A stretch of 64,000 nucleotides of DNA, from assembly GCF_000153105.1 (NCBI RefSeq), contig NZ_CH672376.1:2499136-2563135 (forward strand). Reading direction: 5' to 3'. The notes beneath the pieces are model-generated. The model saw only the letters and a list, made by a program, of their open reading frames with translations, was not told the DNA's origin and did no database searches. This DNA comes from Blastopirellula marina DSM 3645 (GTDB lineage Bacteria; Planctomycetota; Planctomycetia; Pirellulales; Pirellulaceae). A program made the translations under genes and the position numbers. Below, piece after piece: positions 28,467-39,280 of this stretch; positions within the stretch are counted from its first letter, which is position 1; every line of letters begins with the position of its first letter.

Positions 28467-29621
28467 CTAGCGCAAACCAGCGATAAATTTGCGGAACTCT
28501 GATTCGAATGCGGTCAGGTCGCTCGCGATGAATTTCTGAAACTCGGCGATGCGTTCTTCGCGCGGAGGATCATGCAACGGGCGACGCTGGGATAGATTTT
28601 TCAGATAGTTGACATAGGCGTCGGGGTACCGCTTGAGCAAAAAGTAGTTGAGCGCCCAGCTAAGTGCGTAAGCGTCGAGCGCCGTCTCGGCTTTCCGAAA
28701 TTGATCATCATTGACCAACAGATCCGCGACAATTTGCCCGCCGGAACGCTGGACCAAGCGTTTGGCCTGCGGAAGACGAATCCGATTGACTTCGCCGATG
28801 CCGCGCCACCCGCGAGAGCTTGACAGGTCAGGCGTTTCAAAATAAATCGCTAGTCCTTCGCTGACCCAAACCGGATTGTCGGCCAGGCGGATCTGCAGCC
28901 CGCAGTTGTAAGCAAGCTGATGCGTCGCTTCGTGCACGATGGTCGCGACCAGCCAGGTCGCTTCGGGACGTGCGAGAATGTTGTTGATCCGCGCGATGTC
29001 GCGTTGGCTTGAGCCGGCGGAACGGACCGCGTCGACACCGGTCAGGTCATACATCGCGACGCGGTTGGTGTGCATGCTGTAGTAGCCGATGATCGAACCG
29101 GCAGCATCTCCTAGCTCTGGTTTGCCATAGGCGGCGTAGTTTTGCTTGTTGTCAAAGATCACCGCGACCAGCGGTTGCGTCGGTTCGACCAGGCTGACCC
29201 CGCGCTGCTTCCAATAGTTGACGAAGCCGCGATAGAGACGTTCGTAGAGAGAGCCGCACCAGTAGGCGTACGCTCGCGACGTGTTGTAGCAAATCAGATA
29301 ATGCGCGGTTTCGTGCACCTCGAAACCGGGAGGCAACTCGGCCAACAGTTTCTCGGTCAACGCTTTCTTCTCGAGCAACGCAAACTCGCCGGCGTCTTGC
29401 TTGGCCGCGATCAAATCGTCCGCCAAGATCGGCCACATCATGCTGTCAGGCGTCTCGAGGATGACGCCGCTATCGGCGTTAGCGATCACGCGCCCGGTCT
29501 TGGTCACTTCGACTTCGTCGTGACGAAAAGTGAGCGTATCTTCCGCCGAAGCAGAAATGCCGCCGGCCAAAATGAGTGCGAGCAGCGCCAGAACAGGCGA
29601 TAATTTGCGTGCGATGTTCAT
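28467..29621 (-). CDS. DUF1570 domain protein (zincin-like HExxH)
   Basis: Signal peptide; HEATHQL motif; architecture typical of DUF1570. Confidence 0.6.
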   Translation of the reverse strand: MNIARKLSPVLALLALILAGGISASAEDTLTFRHDEVEVTKTGRVIANADSGVILETPDSMMWPILADDLIAAKQDAGEFALLEKKALTEKLLAELPPGFEVHETAHYLICYNTSRAYAYWCGSLYERLYRGFVNYWKQRGVSLVEPTQPLVAVIFDNKQNYAAYGKPELGDAAGSIIGYYSMHTNRVAMYDLTGVDAVRSAGSSQRDIARINNILARPEATWLVATIVHEATHQLAYNCGLQIRLADNPVWVSEGLAIYFETPDLSSSRGWRGIGEVNRIRLPQAKRLVQRSGGQIVADLLVNDDQFRKAETALDAYALSWALNYFLLKRYPDAYVNYLKNLSQRRPLHDPPREERIAEFQKFIASDLTAFESEFRKFIAGLR

Positions 29622-29683
29622 CGTTTCAGTATAAGCAAGATCGTCGCGAAACGAGGGATTCGGTGGCGATTACTTCCGTTCTG

Positions 29684-31264
29684 TCACGACTGAGCCGCGC
29701 GAAACGCAGGTCTGAGCAGCATAATCGTTATCACCGCCAGCGTCGCCGAGAAGGCCAGATTGATCAGACACAAGCTGGCGACGTTGTCCTCGGCGCCGTA
29801 GTGCAACATCTCGAAGATCGTGCGCGAAAGAGTGTCGACCCCCGGCGGAGTGACCAGGTACGAAGCGGTGACGTCGCTGGTCGCCAGCGCAAATGCTAAC
29901 AAATACGTCGCGGCCAACACCGCCGGACGTCGCATGACGCCGATGCGCCAAAGTCGCCGCCAAGGGCCGAAACCTTCGAGCTGCGCCGCTTCGTCCAGCT
30001 CGCCGGGGTCGATCCGAAAGATGTGCCACAGCAGCAACAAGCAAATCGGCAGACTGATGATCACCAGCGCAATCGCTGGCGCCAGAATCGTACGATCGTA
30101 CAGATGAATCAACAGCGGCGACTGGCGACGATTCAACAGCCAAATCAGCGAGAGTGCGATGATCGGACCAGGCACGCCAAACAAGATGCCGGCGATGGTT
30201 GCGATCACCGTTTGGCCATACCGGCGACGGGATGCGAACCAAGCCATGCTGACGCTGATCAGCAGCGTCGCCGCGGCGCTGACGGCGCCAAGTGCGAATG
30301 TCCATTGAAACAGGCCCGAGTATTTGTCGGCCGACGCAAAAACTAATTCGGCAAGTTTCGCAGCGGACCAGCTACGGAGCACCTGGCCACCAGTGACATC
30401 GACAATCAGGCCTGCTTTGTAGACGAAGGCGCCGATCGGCAATCCAAACAACACGACGACCGCCAGCCAAGCAATCGTAGCGACCACCAACTTGGCGACG
30501 GGCCCCAACGGAAACGTCGGGAGCCTGGTCGGCATGCTGGTCGCACCGGCAGGCGTCAACTGCGCGGCCAAGGATGTGGCGACAAGCGTCATCAGCAACG
30601 TGATCAACACCGCCGGCCAGACCGGCAGCGACGTTTGCTCGACTGCTTCGCCGAGCGTGATGCCGGTAAACAGAACTTCGGCGTAGGTTCGCACGTTGCA
30701 GATGCTGGTGACCGTCATCTCACCGAACGCGACGACGCCGATCCATAGCGCCGCGATCAACACGCCGGGGGCAGCGCGGCGCAGCGTCACATTCAGCAGC
30801 GTCGAAGCGGGGGAGCTATTAAGCAGCGCATCTTCTTCCAGTTCCGGCGCGCTGGTCGCCAATTGCATCCGCACAAAGAAGAAGGTCCAGGGGATCGCCG
30901 CGACGCCGTGCAGGACGATCGCGCCGAGCCAGCCATCGAGCAAATAGGGATTCGCGGCCGGGCCGATTTGATCCTGCAACCAACCTTGCGGTCCGAACGC
31001 GGCCCGCCAGGCGCCGCAAGTGAGATAGAGCGGCTGAAACAACAGCAGCGTCAGCATCCCCTGGGCAAGCCAACGGCCGGGGATCGCCAGTCGCGCCAAT
31101 ATGATCGCCAGCAGCGATCCGATCGGCAACGCGATCGCCGCGGCGCCGATCGCTAGCAGTGCGGAAGCGCCCACCAGACGTAACGTCAGATGATCGCCGC
31201 CGACTGCAAGCAGTCCAGCGGCGATCAAGAGCACCAAGACGATTGCGACGAGACGGAATTTCAC
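29684..31264 (-). CDS. ABC transporter permease, fused two-domain (iron(III)/FbpB-like), orphan
   Basis: Two EAA-type loops (ELEEDALLNSSPASTLLNV..., ELDEAAQLEGFGPWRRLW...); ~12 TM; no ATPase or SBP gene adjacent. Confidence 0.7.
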   Translation of the reverse strand: MKFRLVAIVLVLLIAAGLLAVGGDHLTLRLVGASALLAIGAAAIALPIGSLLAIILARLAIPGRWLAQGMLTLLLFQPLYLTCGAWRAAFGPQGWLQDQIGPAANPYLLDGWLGAIVLHGVAAIPWTFFFVRMQLATSAPELEEDALLNSSPASTLLNVTLRRAAPGVLIAALWIGVVAFGEMTVTSICNVRTYAEVLFTGITLGEAVEQTSLPVWPAVLITLLMTLVATSLAAQLTPAGATSMPTRLPTFPLGPVAKLVVATIAWLAVVVLFGLPIGAFVYKAGLIVDVTGGQVLRSWSAAKLAELVFASADKYSGLFQWTFALGAVSAAATLLISVSMAWFASRRRYGQTVIATIAGILFGVPGPIIALSLIWLLNRRQSPLLIHLYDRTILAPAIALVIISLPICLLLLWHIFRIDPGELDEAAQLEGFGPWRRLWRIGVMRRPAVLAATYLLAFALATSDVTASYLVTPPGVDTLSRTIFEMLHYGAEDNVASLCLINLAFSATLAVITIMLLRPAFRAAQS

Positions 31265-31294
31265 GCGAGGGCCGAGAGCAAAGGGCGGAACGCG

Positions 31295-32707
31295 TTAATT
31301 TTCGTCGGTGCCAAGCAGCTTTTCTTCGACCTTGTCGGCTTGCCACGCGATGGCGGTAACGACGCGCGTCAGGCCGAACACGTCGGCCGTATCAGCCAAC
31401 TCATTCGCTTGGACCGTGATCATTTCACCGGCCGGAGTCGTCACAAAGGCGAAAGCGCCATGAATCATCTTCGTGTTGTAGCGGAGCAGCGCGACGGCGT
31501 TGCGTTCGGTCGCTGGGCCGCAATACGACTGGAACGTGATCAGGCTTTGCCCGTCGTCATCTTTCCGGTCGAACGAGATATGAACGTTTTGTTTTCGCAG
31601 ACTGCCGATCGGGACGGTGACGACATACGCGTCGCCATCTTCGGACATGCTCCACGAGTTTGACTGGGCGACCGCTTGGACGAGTTGCTGCGGGTCGACC
31701 TTGTGAGCCGCTGCCGCCGGAGCCAGGTCATCAAACGACAGGGCGCTGCCCATTGCGGCGCCAGCGCCGGAAGCGGCCATCATCGACGCGGCTTGTTGCG
31801 GTTGCTGAGGCTGTTGCGGCATAGTCGGACCAGACGGCGGCGCCATCGGCGGCTGCCCGTGTCCTTGCATCGATTGTTGGATCATGCCGGGCATCATCAT
31901 GCCGAAACCGGCGCCCATGCCCATTCCCATCGCGTTGTTTCCGGTACCGCCCCCCTGCTCCGCCATCTTCGACATGCTGTTGGCTGCTTGATACATGGTG
32001 AACGCACGCAAGTCGCCGATCGCGCCCATGCTGCTGCGCGCATCGATCGCCTTTTGCACTTCTTCCGGCGGCGTGATCGCATTGATGAAGAAGTCGGCCA
32101 GTTCCAGACCATACTTCGCGAAGTCTTCTGCGACTTTGATGCGCGTGCCGGCGGCGATCTCATCAAATTTGGCCGGCAAGTCGAGCATGCTGATCTTCGA
32201 CGTGCCGAGCAGATCGGTCAGCCGCGCGACGATGACATCCTTCAAAAACGACGTCACTTCGTCGGTCGTATATTTTCCCTGCGTGCCGACCAGCGTGTTC
32301 AGTAGCAGCGCCGCGTCTTTGATGCGGTACGAGAACTTGCCGAAACTGCGCAGGCGGACCATGCCAAAGTCGGCGTCGCGGACCGTGATCGGCTGACGCG
32401 TCCCCCATTTTTGGTCCAGGAAGGTCTGCTTGCCAAAGAAGTAGACCTGGCACTGAAACGGCGACTTCTCCCACGGAATCGTGAGAATGCTGGTAATCAG
32501 CGGCAGGTTCTGCGTCGTCAGCGTATAGCGACCCGGGGCGAAGGTATCCATCGCCTTGCCGTCGCGGAAGAAGATCGCTTCCTGATTTTGGGAAACGATC
32601 AGCTGCGCGCCGTACTTGATGTCGGCCGAACCGCTGGGCGGTTCGCGATGGACGAGCGAGCGATTCGTTTCGTCAAAATATTGAATGACTTCTAGTCGGA
32701 TACCCAT
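31295..32707 (-). CDS. SPFH/band-7 domain protein fused to a YbjN-like C-terminal domain via an M/Q/P/G-rich linker
   Basis: N-terminal COG4260-like SPFH pattern; linker [45 protein letters not shown]; C-terminal YbjN-like block. Confidence 0.6.
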   Translation of the reverse strand: MGIRLEVIQYFDETNRSLVHREPPSGSADIKYGAQLIVSQNQEAIFFRDGKAMDTFAPGRYTLTTQNLPLITSILTIPWEKSPFQCQVYFFGKQTFLDQKWGTRQPITVRDADFGMVRLRSFGKFSYRIKDAALLLNTLVGTQGKYTTDEVTSFLKDVIVARLTDLLGTSKISMLDLPAKFDEIAAGTRIKVAEDFAKYGLELADFFINAITPPEEVQKAIDARSSMGAIGDLRAFTMYQAANSMSKMAEQGGGTGNNAMGMGMGAGFGMMMPGMIQQSMQGHGQPPMAPPSGPTMPQQPQQPQQAASMMAASGAGAAMGSALSFDDLAPAAAAHKVDPQQLVQAVAQSNSWSMSEDGDAYVVTVPIGSLRKQNVHISFDRKDDDGQSLITFQSYCGPATERNAVALLRYNTKMIHGAFAFVTTPAGEMITVQANELADTADVFGLTRVVTAIAWQADKVEEKLLGTDEN

Positions 32708-32761
32708 TGCGTTTCCCCCTCGTGTTGCTTGTTCGTCGAAGTGCTCGGCGCCGCGGTCCCC

Positions 32762-33442
32762 TTACGAGGTCGGCGGCTCCGATCCGATTCCCTTCAGGAT
32801 GTTTTCGCGTTCGTCCAGCTTCGCTAGCATCACGTTGACCGCGGCGATCAGCGGCGTCAGCGCAACGGCTGGCGGATCACTAGAGGCCGGCAATTTTTCG
32901 ATCGCGCCGGCGACGGTATCGGCCTCGGTGATCAAGCTGCCGTCATAGTCGTAGAGATCATCCAATTGATCTTCGCCGATTTGCACAAAATCAAAAAAGC
33001 CGCTGTAGCCCGGCATCGCTCCTCGCAGGCGCCCAATCGCCGTGTCGAGTTTGGCGCGAAGACGGTCAATCATGGGTAGCTGGTCAATCTGGCCGAGATC
33101 GACCAGCATGCGTCCATACGTATCTAGCGGCGATTTCGCTCGATCTAAGCGATCGGCGATCCATTTTCGGGTGAGAGTATCCGCATCGCGCCGATACTCT
33201 TTCTCTAGGTAACCGCTAAAACCGGGAATATAGCGCAGGATCGTTTCGATCGCGCCCCGATTGCTTGCATGTTGTTTGGGATCGACCAAAGAAACCCTCC
33301 CGGCAGATGAGCGAATAAGGCGGTAACGTCGTATGGTATTCGTCGCCGAATTGGAAATATTGTCCCTTGCGACTTTGCGGCGAGCCCTAAGTGGAAAGCC
33401 TACCACGTTTTGACGGGGGATGCGAAGCGTGGAAAAGCACAA
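32762..33442 (-). CDS. hypothetical protein
   Basis: First ORF of the minus-strand block; start codon uncertain (TTG at 33442). Confidence 0.35.
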   Translation of the reverse strand: MCFSTLRIPRQNVVGFPLRARRKVARDNISNSATNTIRRYRLIRSSAGRVSLVDPKQHASNRGAIETILRYIPGFSGYLEKEYRRDADTLTRKWIADRLDRAKSPLDTYGRMLVDLGQIDQLPMIDRLRAKLDTAIGRLRGAMPGYSGFFDFVQIGEDQLDDLYDYDGSLITEADTVAGAIEKLPASSDPPAVALTPLIAAVNVMLAKLDERENILKGIGSEPPTS

Positions 33443-33564
33443 TTTTCTCCCTCGGGGCGCGGTTTTAGCGGCAGTTGGATTCGTCTAGGCGACTCCTCCT
33501 CATTTTGCTATCGTCTCGCGTCCCTGCGACCTAAATCAGCTAGAAAATCCTTCGAAGGGCAACG

Positions 33565-34257
33565 ATGAAGTCGGCCAGTCTTGCAATCTGTCTATTAATA
33601 CTCGTGCTCGGTTGCACCAAAAACGGCGCTATTAGCAGCCCGTTCGGTTGGGGAATCAAGGATGACCCTGCCGATCTGGCGAAATATGGCCCAAATCCCA
33701 CGCAGCGCCGCGACGAAATTCGTCGAATGGCGCGTTACGCCGAGGAAATGAGCGACTCGGAAAAACAACTGACGGCCAATAAGCTGACGCAGCAAATCAA
33801 AGAAGAGCAAGATCCGCTGCTGCGGATCGAAATTCTGAAAGCGTTGGCGACGCTGCAAACCCCCGCGGCTCATGAAGGTTTACGGAGCGGCCTCTACGAT
33901 TCGGAAATGCGTGTCCGCGTGATGGCGGTCGAAACGATGGTGGTCGGCAAAGATCCGAAAGCAATTGAAGAGTTGGGAGACTTGATCGTCCGCGATCGAG
34001 AGCTGGATGTCCGACTTGCCGCCGCCAAAGCGCTCGAGCAGTTTGATTCGCCGGAGTCTCGCAAAGCATTGTTGCCGGCGGTGCAAGATCGTGATCCAGC
34101 GCTCCGCTATGTGGCGATCCAGTCGCTGCGTCAGCATAGTCAAGTCGACTATGGCGGCGACGCGTCAAAATGGGAGGCCTATGCGATGGGCGAAAATCCT
34201 GCGCCTCCTGAGAACGTCAGCATGACAAGTTGGATGATTCCCTCCTTCTTGCGGTAG
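33565..34257 (+). CDS. HEAT-repeat lipoprotein
   Basis: Lipobox LVLGCTK; repeated LR..A..AL helical repeats. Confidence 0.55.
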   Translation: MKSASLAICLLILVLGCTKNGAISSPFGWGIKDDPADLAKYGPNPTQRRDEIRRMARYAEEMSDSEKQLTANKLTQQIKEEQDPLLRIEILKALATLQTPAAHEGLRSGLYDSEMRVRVMAVETMVVGKDPKAIEELGDLIVRDRELDVRLAAAKALEQFDSPESRKALLPAVQDRDPALRYVAIQSLRQHSQVDYGGDASKWEAYAMGENPAPPENVSMTSWMIPSFLR

Positions 34258-34504
34258 TCCGGCTTCGGGCCATGCCGATTCGTTCCTTCATTCGGACTTC
34301 GGCAACCTGCCCGGCAGGCACGAATGTGTCGTTTCTGCGGACGAGGCTCCCCTCGATTGCAAAAAGGAATGGCGCGGCGCGAATCGATCTGATTTCAATT
34401 CGCGGTTGCGTCCGAAAACTGCGTATGCCAAGCTGCAATAAGGCGATTGCAGCAAAGCGTAGTTTGCCCCACCAGCAAACTTTCGACAGATACTCAGGGC
34501 ACGG

Positions 34505-36028
34505 ATGATGCGACAACCTTTGACGTTATTTACACTTCTGGCAATTTTTAACCTTTGCGCACCCTGCTGGGCGGCGGACGGTCCAGGATTGCAAGCGCCC
34601 GCCAACGCCGGTAGGGCGATGTCGGAAGTCGAAGCTCCCGTGCTGAGTCTTGATGCACCGGTGTTGCGTATCGCCTTGCGATTTGGCGCCGAGAAAGCCG
34701 CTCCTCCGGTCAATGACGCGCCCGCTCCCATTGCTCCGCTGACCGCAGAAGAGCAGCGTGCAGCGGCCGAAGCGGAAGCCGCCGAAGAGCCGATGCTGAA
34801 GCTGTTGCCGTTGAACCAACAGCCCGGCGAGATCGGTTCAGGCGTCGCCGAATCGATGAAAAGCGAGCCCAAAACGGCCCCGCGCTCGATCGAGCCGATG
34901 GAAATTCCGCTCGAAATGCCAGCGGACGAAATGGCGCCCAAAAAGCTGTCGGAAACGGCGCCTGCCAAGCAACTTGTCCCTGCGGAACAAGAGATGCCGG
35001 CCGAGAAAGCGCCGGAAGCTCCCCCGCGAAAAAAGCTGACCGCCGACCAAGTCCGCCTGCGGAGTAAAATCCACCGTGTGCTGGACTACTATTACAAGCA
35101 GCCGATCGACGTCGCGAAAGAAAACGTCTGGGCGACGATGCACGGAATGCTGCCGTATGGCGTTGACGCGCATGTCCGCACCGGCGGTCGCGAAAATCGC
35201 TCGGTCAATGCGATCGGCTGGCTCTGCTGGAACGGCAAATGTAAGGGCTACGATCTCTTCTACGTCGACCGCGGACGTTTGGGAGCTCGCCAAGGGCCCG
35301 GCGTGCAAGGACATCATGGCCAATTTTTGGCGATGCTCGCCCAAAGCTATGTCACGCCGTCGTACGAAGTTCGCGTCGGCAACGAGGTTTTTCATATCTC
35401 CGACCTGATCGAGTTTGAAAAGGAAACGTGCCGCCCGGCCAGCGAATTGACCTTCAAGCTGATCTCGTTGGCCTACTATCTGCCGGTGGACGCCCAGTGG
35501 AAGAGTGACGATGGCCAGACCTGGACGATTGAGCGGCTGATTGACGAAGAATTGCGTCAACCGGTGATCGGCGCCGCCTGCGGCGGAACGCATCGCCTGA
35601 TGGGATTCTCCTATGCGGTCCGCAAACGCGAACTCTCGGGAGAGCCGATGGACGGCCACTGGGAAAGAGCCAAGATTTTCCTGGATGACTACTACGCGTA
35701 CACTTTTCGGCTGCAAAATCCGGACGGCAGCTTCAGCACTGAATGGTTTGAAGGTCGCGCCGCGAAGCCAGATCTGCAGCGTCGCCTGCAAACGACAGGA
35801 CATATCGCCGAATGGCTCGCCTATTCGCTGACCGACGAAGAACTGACCGCGCCCCGGATGCAAAAAGCGATCGATTACTTAGCCACGATCCTCGAGAAAA
35901 ATCCTCGCATGGACTGGAGCATCGGTCCGCTAGGACACGGATTGCACGCTCTGGCGATCTACGACCAACGCGTCTTCGACACGCCTCCAGGGCATCGCAG
36001 CGCTGAAGTCGCGACGAAATTGCCTTAA
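34505..36028 (+). CDS. secreted hypothetical protein
   Basis: Signal peptide; Ala/Glu/Pro-rich low-complexity N-terminal region followed by a conserved-looking globular domain. Confidence 0.5.
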   Translation: MMRQPLTLFTLLAIFNLCAPCWAADGPGLQAPANAGRAMSEVEAPVLSLDAPVLRIALRFGAEKAAPPVNDAPAPIAPLTAEEQRAAAEAEAAEEPMLKLLPLNQQPGEIGSGVAESMKSEPKTAPRSIEPMEIPLEMPADEMAPKKLSETAPAKQLVPAEQEMPAEKAPEAPPRKKLTADQVRLRSKIHRVLDYYYKQPIDVAKENVWATMHGMLPYGVDAHVRTGGRENRSVNAIGWLCWNGKCKGYDLFYVDRGRLGARQGPGVQGHHGQFLAMLAQSYVTPSYEVRVGNEVFHISDLIEFEKETCRPASELTFKLISLAYYLPVDAQWKSDDGQTWTIERLIDEELRQPVIGAACGGTHRLMGFSYAVRKRELSGEPMDGHWERAKIFLDDYYAYTFRLQNPDGSFSTEWFEGRAAKPDLQRRLQTTGHIAEWLAYSLTDEELTAPRMQKAIDYLATILEKNPRMDWSIGPLGHGLHALAIYDQRVFDTPPGHRSAEVATKLP

Positions 36029-36164
36029 TCGCAGCGCAGATCATGGTTTCCGACGGTCGACGTAGTTGCCGAGGCCTGCGATCTTTTCTACCATGCGTTC
36101 ACGATCGCATTGGGCCTGGGGCCTGCACTTCTGACTCGGCGAATTGCCGAACTGACCGCCACGG

Positions 36165-37091
36165 ATGAAGCAACAGAAATTCACCAAGCAATTCGCAGAG
36201 TTTCTCCGGATCGGCGCTGCGCTGGTGAAGCAAGCCGAGGCCGACGCATTGCTCATCTTCGCGGAGGGCGTTTGCGAATGGGACCAAATCAAAGCCGGCG
36301 CCGGCGATACCAAAACGATTATCGCCGCCGATAACGAGGAGGCGCTCGAAGGCGCCAAAGAAGCCGGCCTGATGCCGATCGTCGTCGAATTGGACGAAAG
36401 CCCGATTCTGGAAAAGTTGACCCACGCGCTGGTCGAATCTGTCGCTGACGATATTATCGCCACCGGCGCGTCGGTCGTGGCGCTCTACAGCGGGTTCGAC
36501 GAGTCGCGGTTGGACACGATCAGCCTGGTTCGCCTGTCTGAGCATCTCGGCCGCCTGACCTCGCGCGATCTCCGCCGCTTGGAGACCAGCGTGCCGCTGG
36601 AGACGCTCAAGCATGTGATCGATCTGGCGGTCGATATCGGCCGCGAAGGCCGCGAGGGGAAACCGGTCGGCACCATGTTTGTGGTGGGCGACCATCGCAA
36701 AGTGCTGCATCACAGCGTCGCGAGCGGTTTCGACCCGATCAAGGGGTACAATCGCAAAGAGCGGAGCATCTTTGACGGCCGCGTCCGCGAGGGGATCAAA
36801 GAGATCGCCCAGTTGGACGGTGCGTTTATCATCAACGCCGACGGCGTGGTCGAAGCGGCTTGCCGGTTGGTCGACGTCTCGTCGGCCAGCGTTACCTTGT
36901 CCAAAGGACTGGGCGCTCGGCATTGGGCCGGGGCCGCGATCAGCAAGAAGACGAAGTCGATCGCGATTGTGGTCAGCGAGTCGAATGGCACGGTTCGCGT
37001 CTTCCAGAACGGCGAAGTGATGCTCCGCATCGAACCATTCCGCCGCGCTATGAAGTGGAAGGATCTCGACTTCGACAACGCGGGAGAGTAA
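36165..37091 (+). CDS. DisA_N/DAC-domain protein (putative diadenylate cyclase)
   Basis: DGAFIINADG and GARHWAGAAIS resemble the DAC DGA and RHR motifs. Confidence 0.55.
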   Translation: MKQQKFTKQFAEFLRIGAALVKQAEADALLIFAEGVCEWDQIKAGAGDTKTIIAADNEEALEGAKEAGLMPIVVELDESPILEKLTHALVESVADDIIATGASVVALYSGFDESRLDTISLVRLSEHLGRLTSRDLRRLETSVPLETLKHVIDLAVDIGREGREGKPVGTMFVVGDHRKVLHHSVASGFDPIKGYNRKERSIFDGRVREGIKEIAQLDGAFIINADGVVEAACRLVDVSSASVTLSKGLGARHWAGAAISKKTKSIAIVVSESNGTVRVFQNGEVMLRIEPFRRAMKWKDLDFDNAGE

Positions 37092-37094
37092 TTA

Positions 37095-37595
37095 ATGCCC
37101 GCTGCTTCAGGTCCGGCGCCGTTCGCCGGTAAGGTCGTCACTGTGGACCTACTCAACGACCAGCATGCCGCCGCACTGATGCGTCTGCTTGAGCAATACG
37201 CTCTCGACGTCATGGGGGGCGGCAAGCCGCTGTTGCCCGAAGTCCACCAGCACCTGATCGAGCGGCTGAAAAACTTCCCCACATTCGTCGGACTCTTGGC
37301 CGAAGAAAACGGCCAATACGTCGGCCTGGCCAACGGCTTTTACAACTTCTCGACCTTCTCGGCTCGCCCAGTGATCAACGTCCACGACTTGGCGGTTGAT
37401 CCCGCACATCGCGGTCGCGGCGTCGGGCAAGCGCTGCTTGACGAAATGTCGCGCGTAGCCCAAGAGAACGGCTGTTCGTATCTCACGTTGGAAGTCCGCT
37501 ACGACAACCCGGCCCGGCGACTCTATCAGCGCTGCGGATTTGTGGGCGGGGATCCTCAGACGGATGAGATGGCGTTCTGGAAGAAGCGGCTCTAA
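37095..37595 (+). CDS. GNAT family N-acetyltransferase
   Basis: HRGRGVGQALLDEM acetyl-CoA motif; GGGAGAG Shine-Dalgarno. Confidence 0.75.
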   Translation: MPAASGPAPFAGKVVTVDLLNDQHAAALMRLLEQYALDVMGGGKPLLPEVHQHLIERLKNFPTFVGLLAEENGQYVGLANGFYNFSTFSARPVINVHDLAVDPAHRGRGVGQALLDEMSRVAQENGCSYLTLEVRYDNPARRLYQRCGFVGGDPQTDEMAFWKKRL

Positions 37596-37727
37596 ACGTC
37601 TTCTTTTTCTAAATAAAGAGCATGTTTTTTTGCAATTTCAGGGCGAATCGTCGCTTCTCCCCGAAATAACTACTAAAATGCTTTTTCTGCGCTATTCTCA
37701 GATACTTTATATGCTAAGGACCCCTCC

Positions 37728-38621
37728 ATGCTGGCCCCATCCCGTCGCAAGCTTCTCGGTTTTACGTTGGTCGAATTGCTGGTGGTGATCGCCATTATCG
37801 GCGTTTTGATTGCGCTGCTGTTGCCGGCGGTTCAGCAAGCTCGCGAGGCCGCTCGGCGGATGCAATGCAGCAACCAGCTCAAGCAGATCGGCTTGGCGAT
37901 GCACAACTATCACGACACGTTCGGTAAGTTTCCCGCCGGCGCAATGCACATTGGCAATGGCCTGCCGTGGTTGGTGAAGATCTTGCCGTTTATTGAGCAA
38001 GGGGCGCTCTACGAACAGTTCAATATGAAAGCCACCGGCTGGAGCCAAAATAACAGCGCCGGAACGAATTCGGTCGAAACCTACTTTTGCCCCAGCTTTG
38101 ACGAACGCGCGGCGCAATATGCGGATCCTGGGGTGCTGACGACGCACTACTATGGCGTGGCCGGCCCCAAGGGAACCAACGCCGCCAACGGCGCTGCCTA
38201 TCGCTACGACGAGAATCCGACCGACGAGCCCGATTTTTACGGGGGTTACGCCTTGCAAGGCGTGCTGGGACTTTACGAAAAGATGGGGCAGATCGGCTTC
38301 CGAGATATTACCGACGGTACTTCCAATACGCTGATGGTCGGCGAGATCTCGTGGAAAGGGGTCGAAACGCACTATCGTCCCTGGTACCGCGGCGGCAACG
38401 GCGGCATCGTCAGGTCGGCCACCGGCGGTTTCAAGAACATTGACGCCGGCATCAATGTTCCTATTGGGCAGTGGATGAGCACCAGTTTTGGCAGCAATCA
38501 CCCAGGCGGCGCCCTGTTCGTCAGTTGCGATGGCTCGGTCAGCTTCTATAGCGAAACAATCGACATCGCGACGTACAAAGCGGCCGCTAGTCGTGATGGC
38601 GGCGAAGTCCTATCGGAATAG
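37728..38621 (+). CDS. DUF1559 protein with prepilin-type N-terminal methylation domain
   Basis: [43 protein letters not shown] ... [18 protein letters not shown]. Confidence 0.85.
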   Translation: MLAPSRRKLLGFTLVELLVVIAIIGVLIALLLPAVQQAREAARRMQCSNQLKQIGLAMHNYHDTFGKFPAGAMHIGNGLPWLVKILPFIEQGALYEQFNMKATGWSQNNSAGTNSVETYFCPSFDERAAQYADPGVLTTHYYGVAGPKGTNAANGAAYRYDENPTDEPDFYGGYALQGVLGLYEKMGQIGFRDITDGTSNTLMVGEISWKGVETHYRPWYRGGNGGIVRSATGGFKNIDAGINVPIGQWMSTSFGSNHPGGALFVSCDGSVSFYSETIDIATYKAAASRDGGEVLSE

Positions 38622-38697
38622 GGTTACGTCGCCCCCTTTGCAATTGTCATCGCTTCGTCCCCCCTCCTGCTTCATTCCTAAACGGAAACCCTGCCCC

Positions 38698-39129
38698 ATG
38701 CCCACGCATCTACCGACACGCCGCTTGACCTGTTGGCTCGGCCTGACCGTCGCAATTACTTTCGCTCTGGGTTGCAGTAAAAGCCAGGACTTCCCCGGCG
38801 AGATCGAAGTTACCGGCAACGTCACCTTCGACGGCCAACCGATATCGGGGGGAATGATTTATTTTGAGCCAGATGTGAGAGCCGGGAACAGTGGTCCGCA
38901 AGGTTTCGCCGAGATTATCGACGGTCACTACAGCACCCAAAAAAGCGGCCGCGGCGTCAAGTCAGGGCCGAACATGGTGCGGATCGAAGAGATACAGCCG
39001 ATCGAAGGGGAGAAATCTCGCGCGATGCAGTTCTATGAGCACCACACCGAGGCCGTTCTGACTGCCGACAACGCGGAACAAGACTTCGAGATTCCGGCAG
39101 AAACCGCCAAGCGGAAAGGCCGCCGCTAG
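38698..39129 (+). CDS. small lipoprotein, carboxypeptidase-regulatory-like, partner of DUF1559
   Basis: Lipobox FALGCSKS; VTGNVTFDGQPISGGMIYF...DGHY motif; lies 76 nt downstream of the DUF1559 gene. Confidence 0.7.
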   Translation: MPTHLPTRRLTCWLGLTVAITFALGCSKSQDFPGEIEVTGNVTFDGQPISGGMIYFEPDVRAGNSGPQGFAEIIDGHYSTQKSGRGVKSGPNMVRIEEIQPIEGEKSRAMQFYEHHTEAVLTADNAEQDFEIPAETAKRKGRR

Positions 39130-39280
39130 GCCCCGCTTCAATCGGCGCAACAAGCGACGAGGCCTGCTCTCTCGGTTTTATTGCGACACTCTTTGCGGCG
39201 TTTGGCGTTAAACTTCGCATCCAAATTTTCTGCCGCGTTGATTTCTCTTCAACGATTTCTTAAGATGGGGCCAATAGTAG

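Noticed and set aside
34838-35863. 341-aa minus-strand ORF
   Set aside because: Antisense to the secreted protein 34505-36028; Arg-rich low-complexity translation
36099-36923. 274-aa minus-strand ORF
   Set aside because: Antisense to the DAC-domain gene; no features
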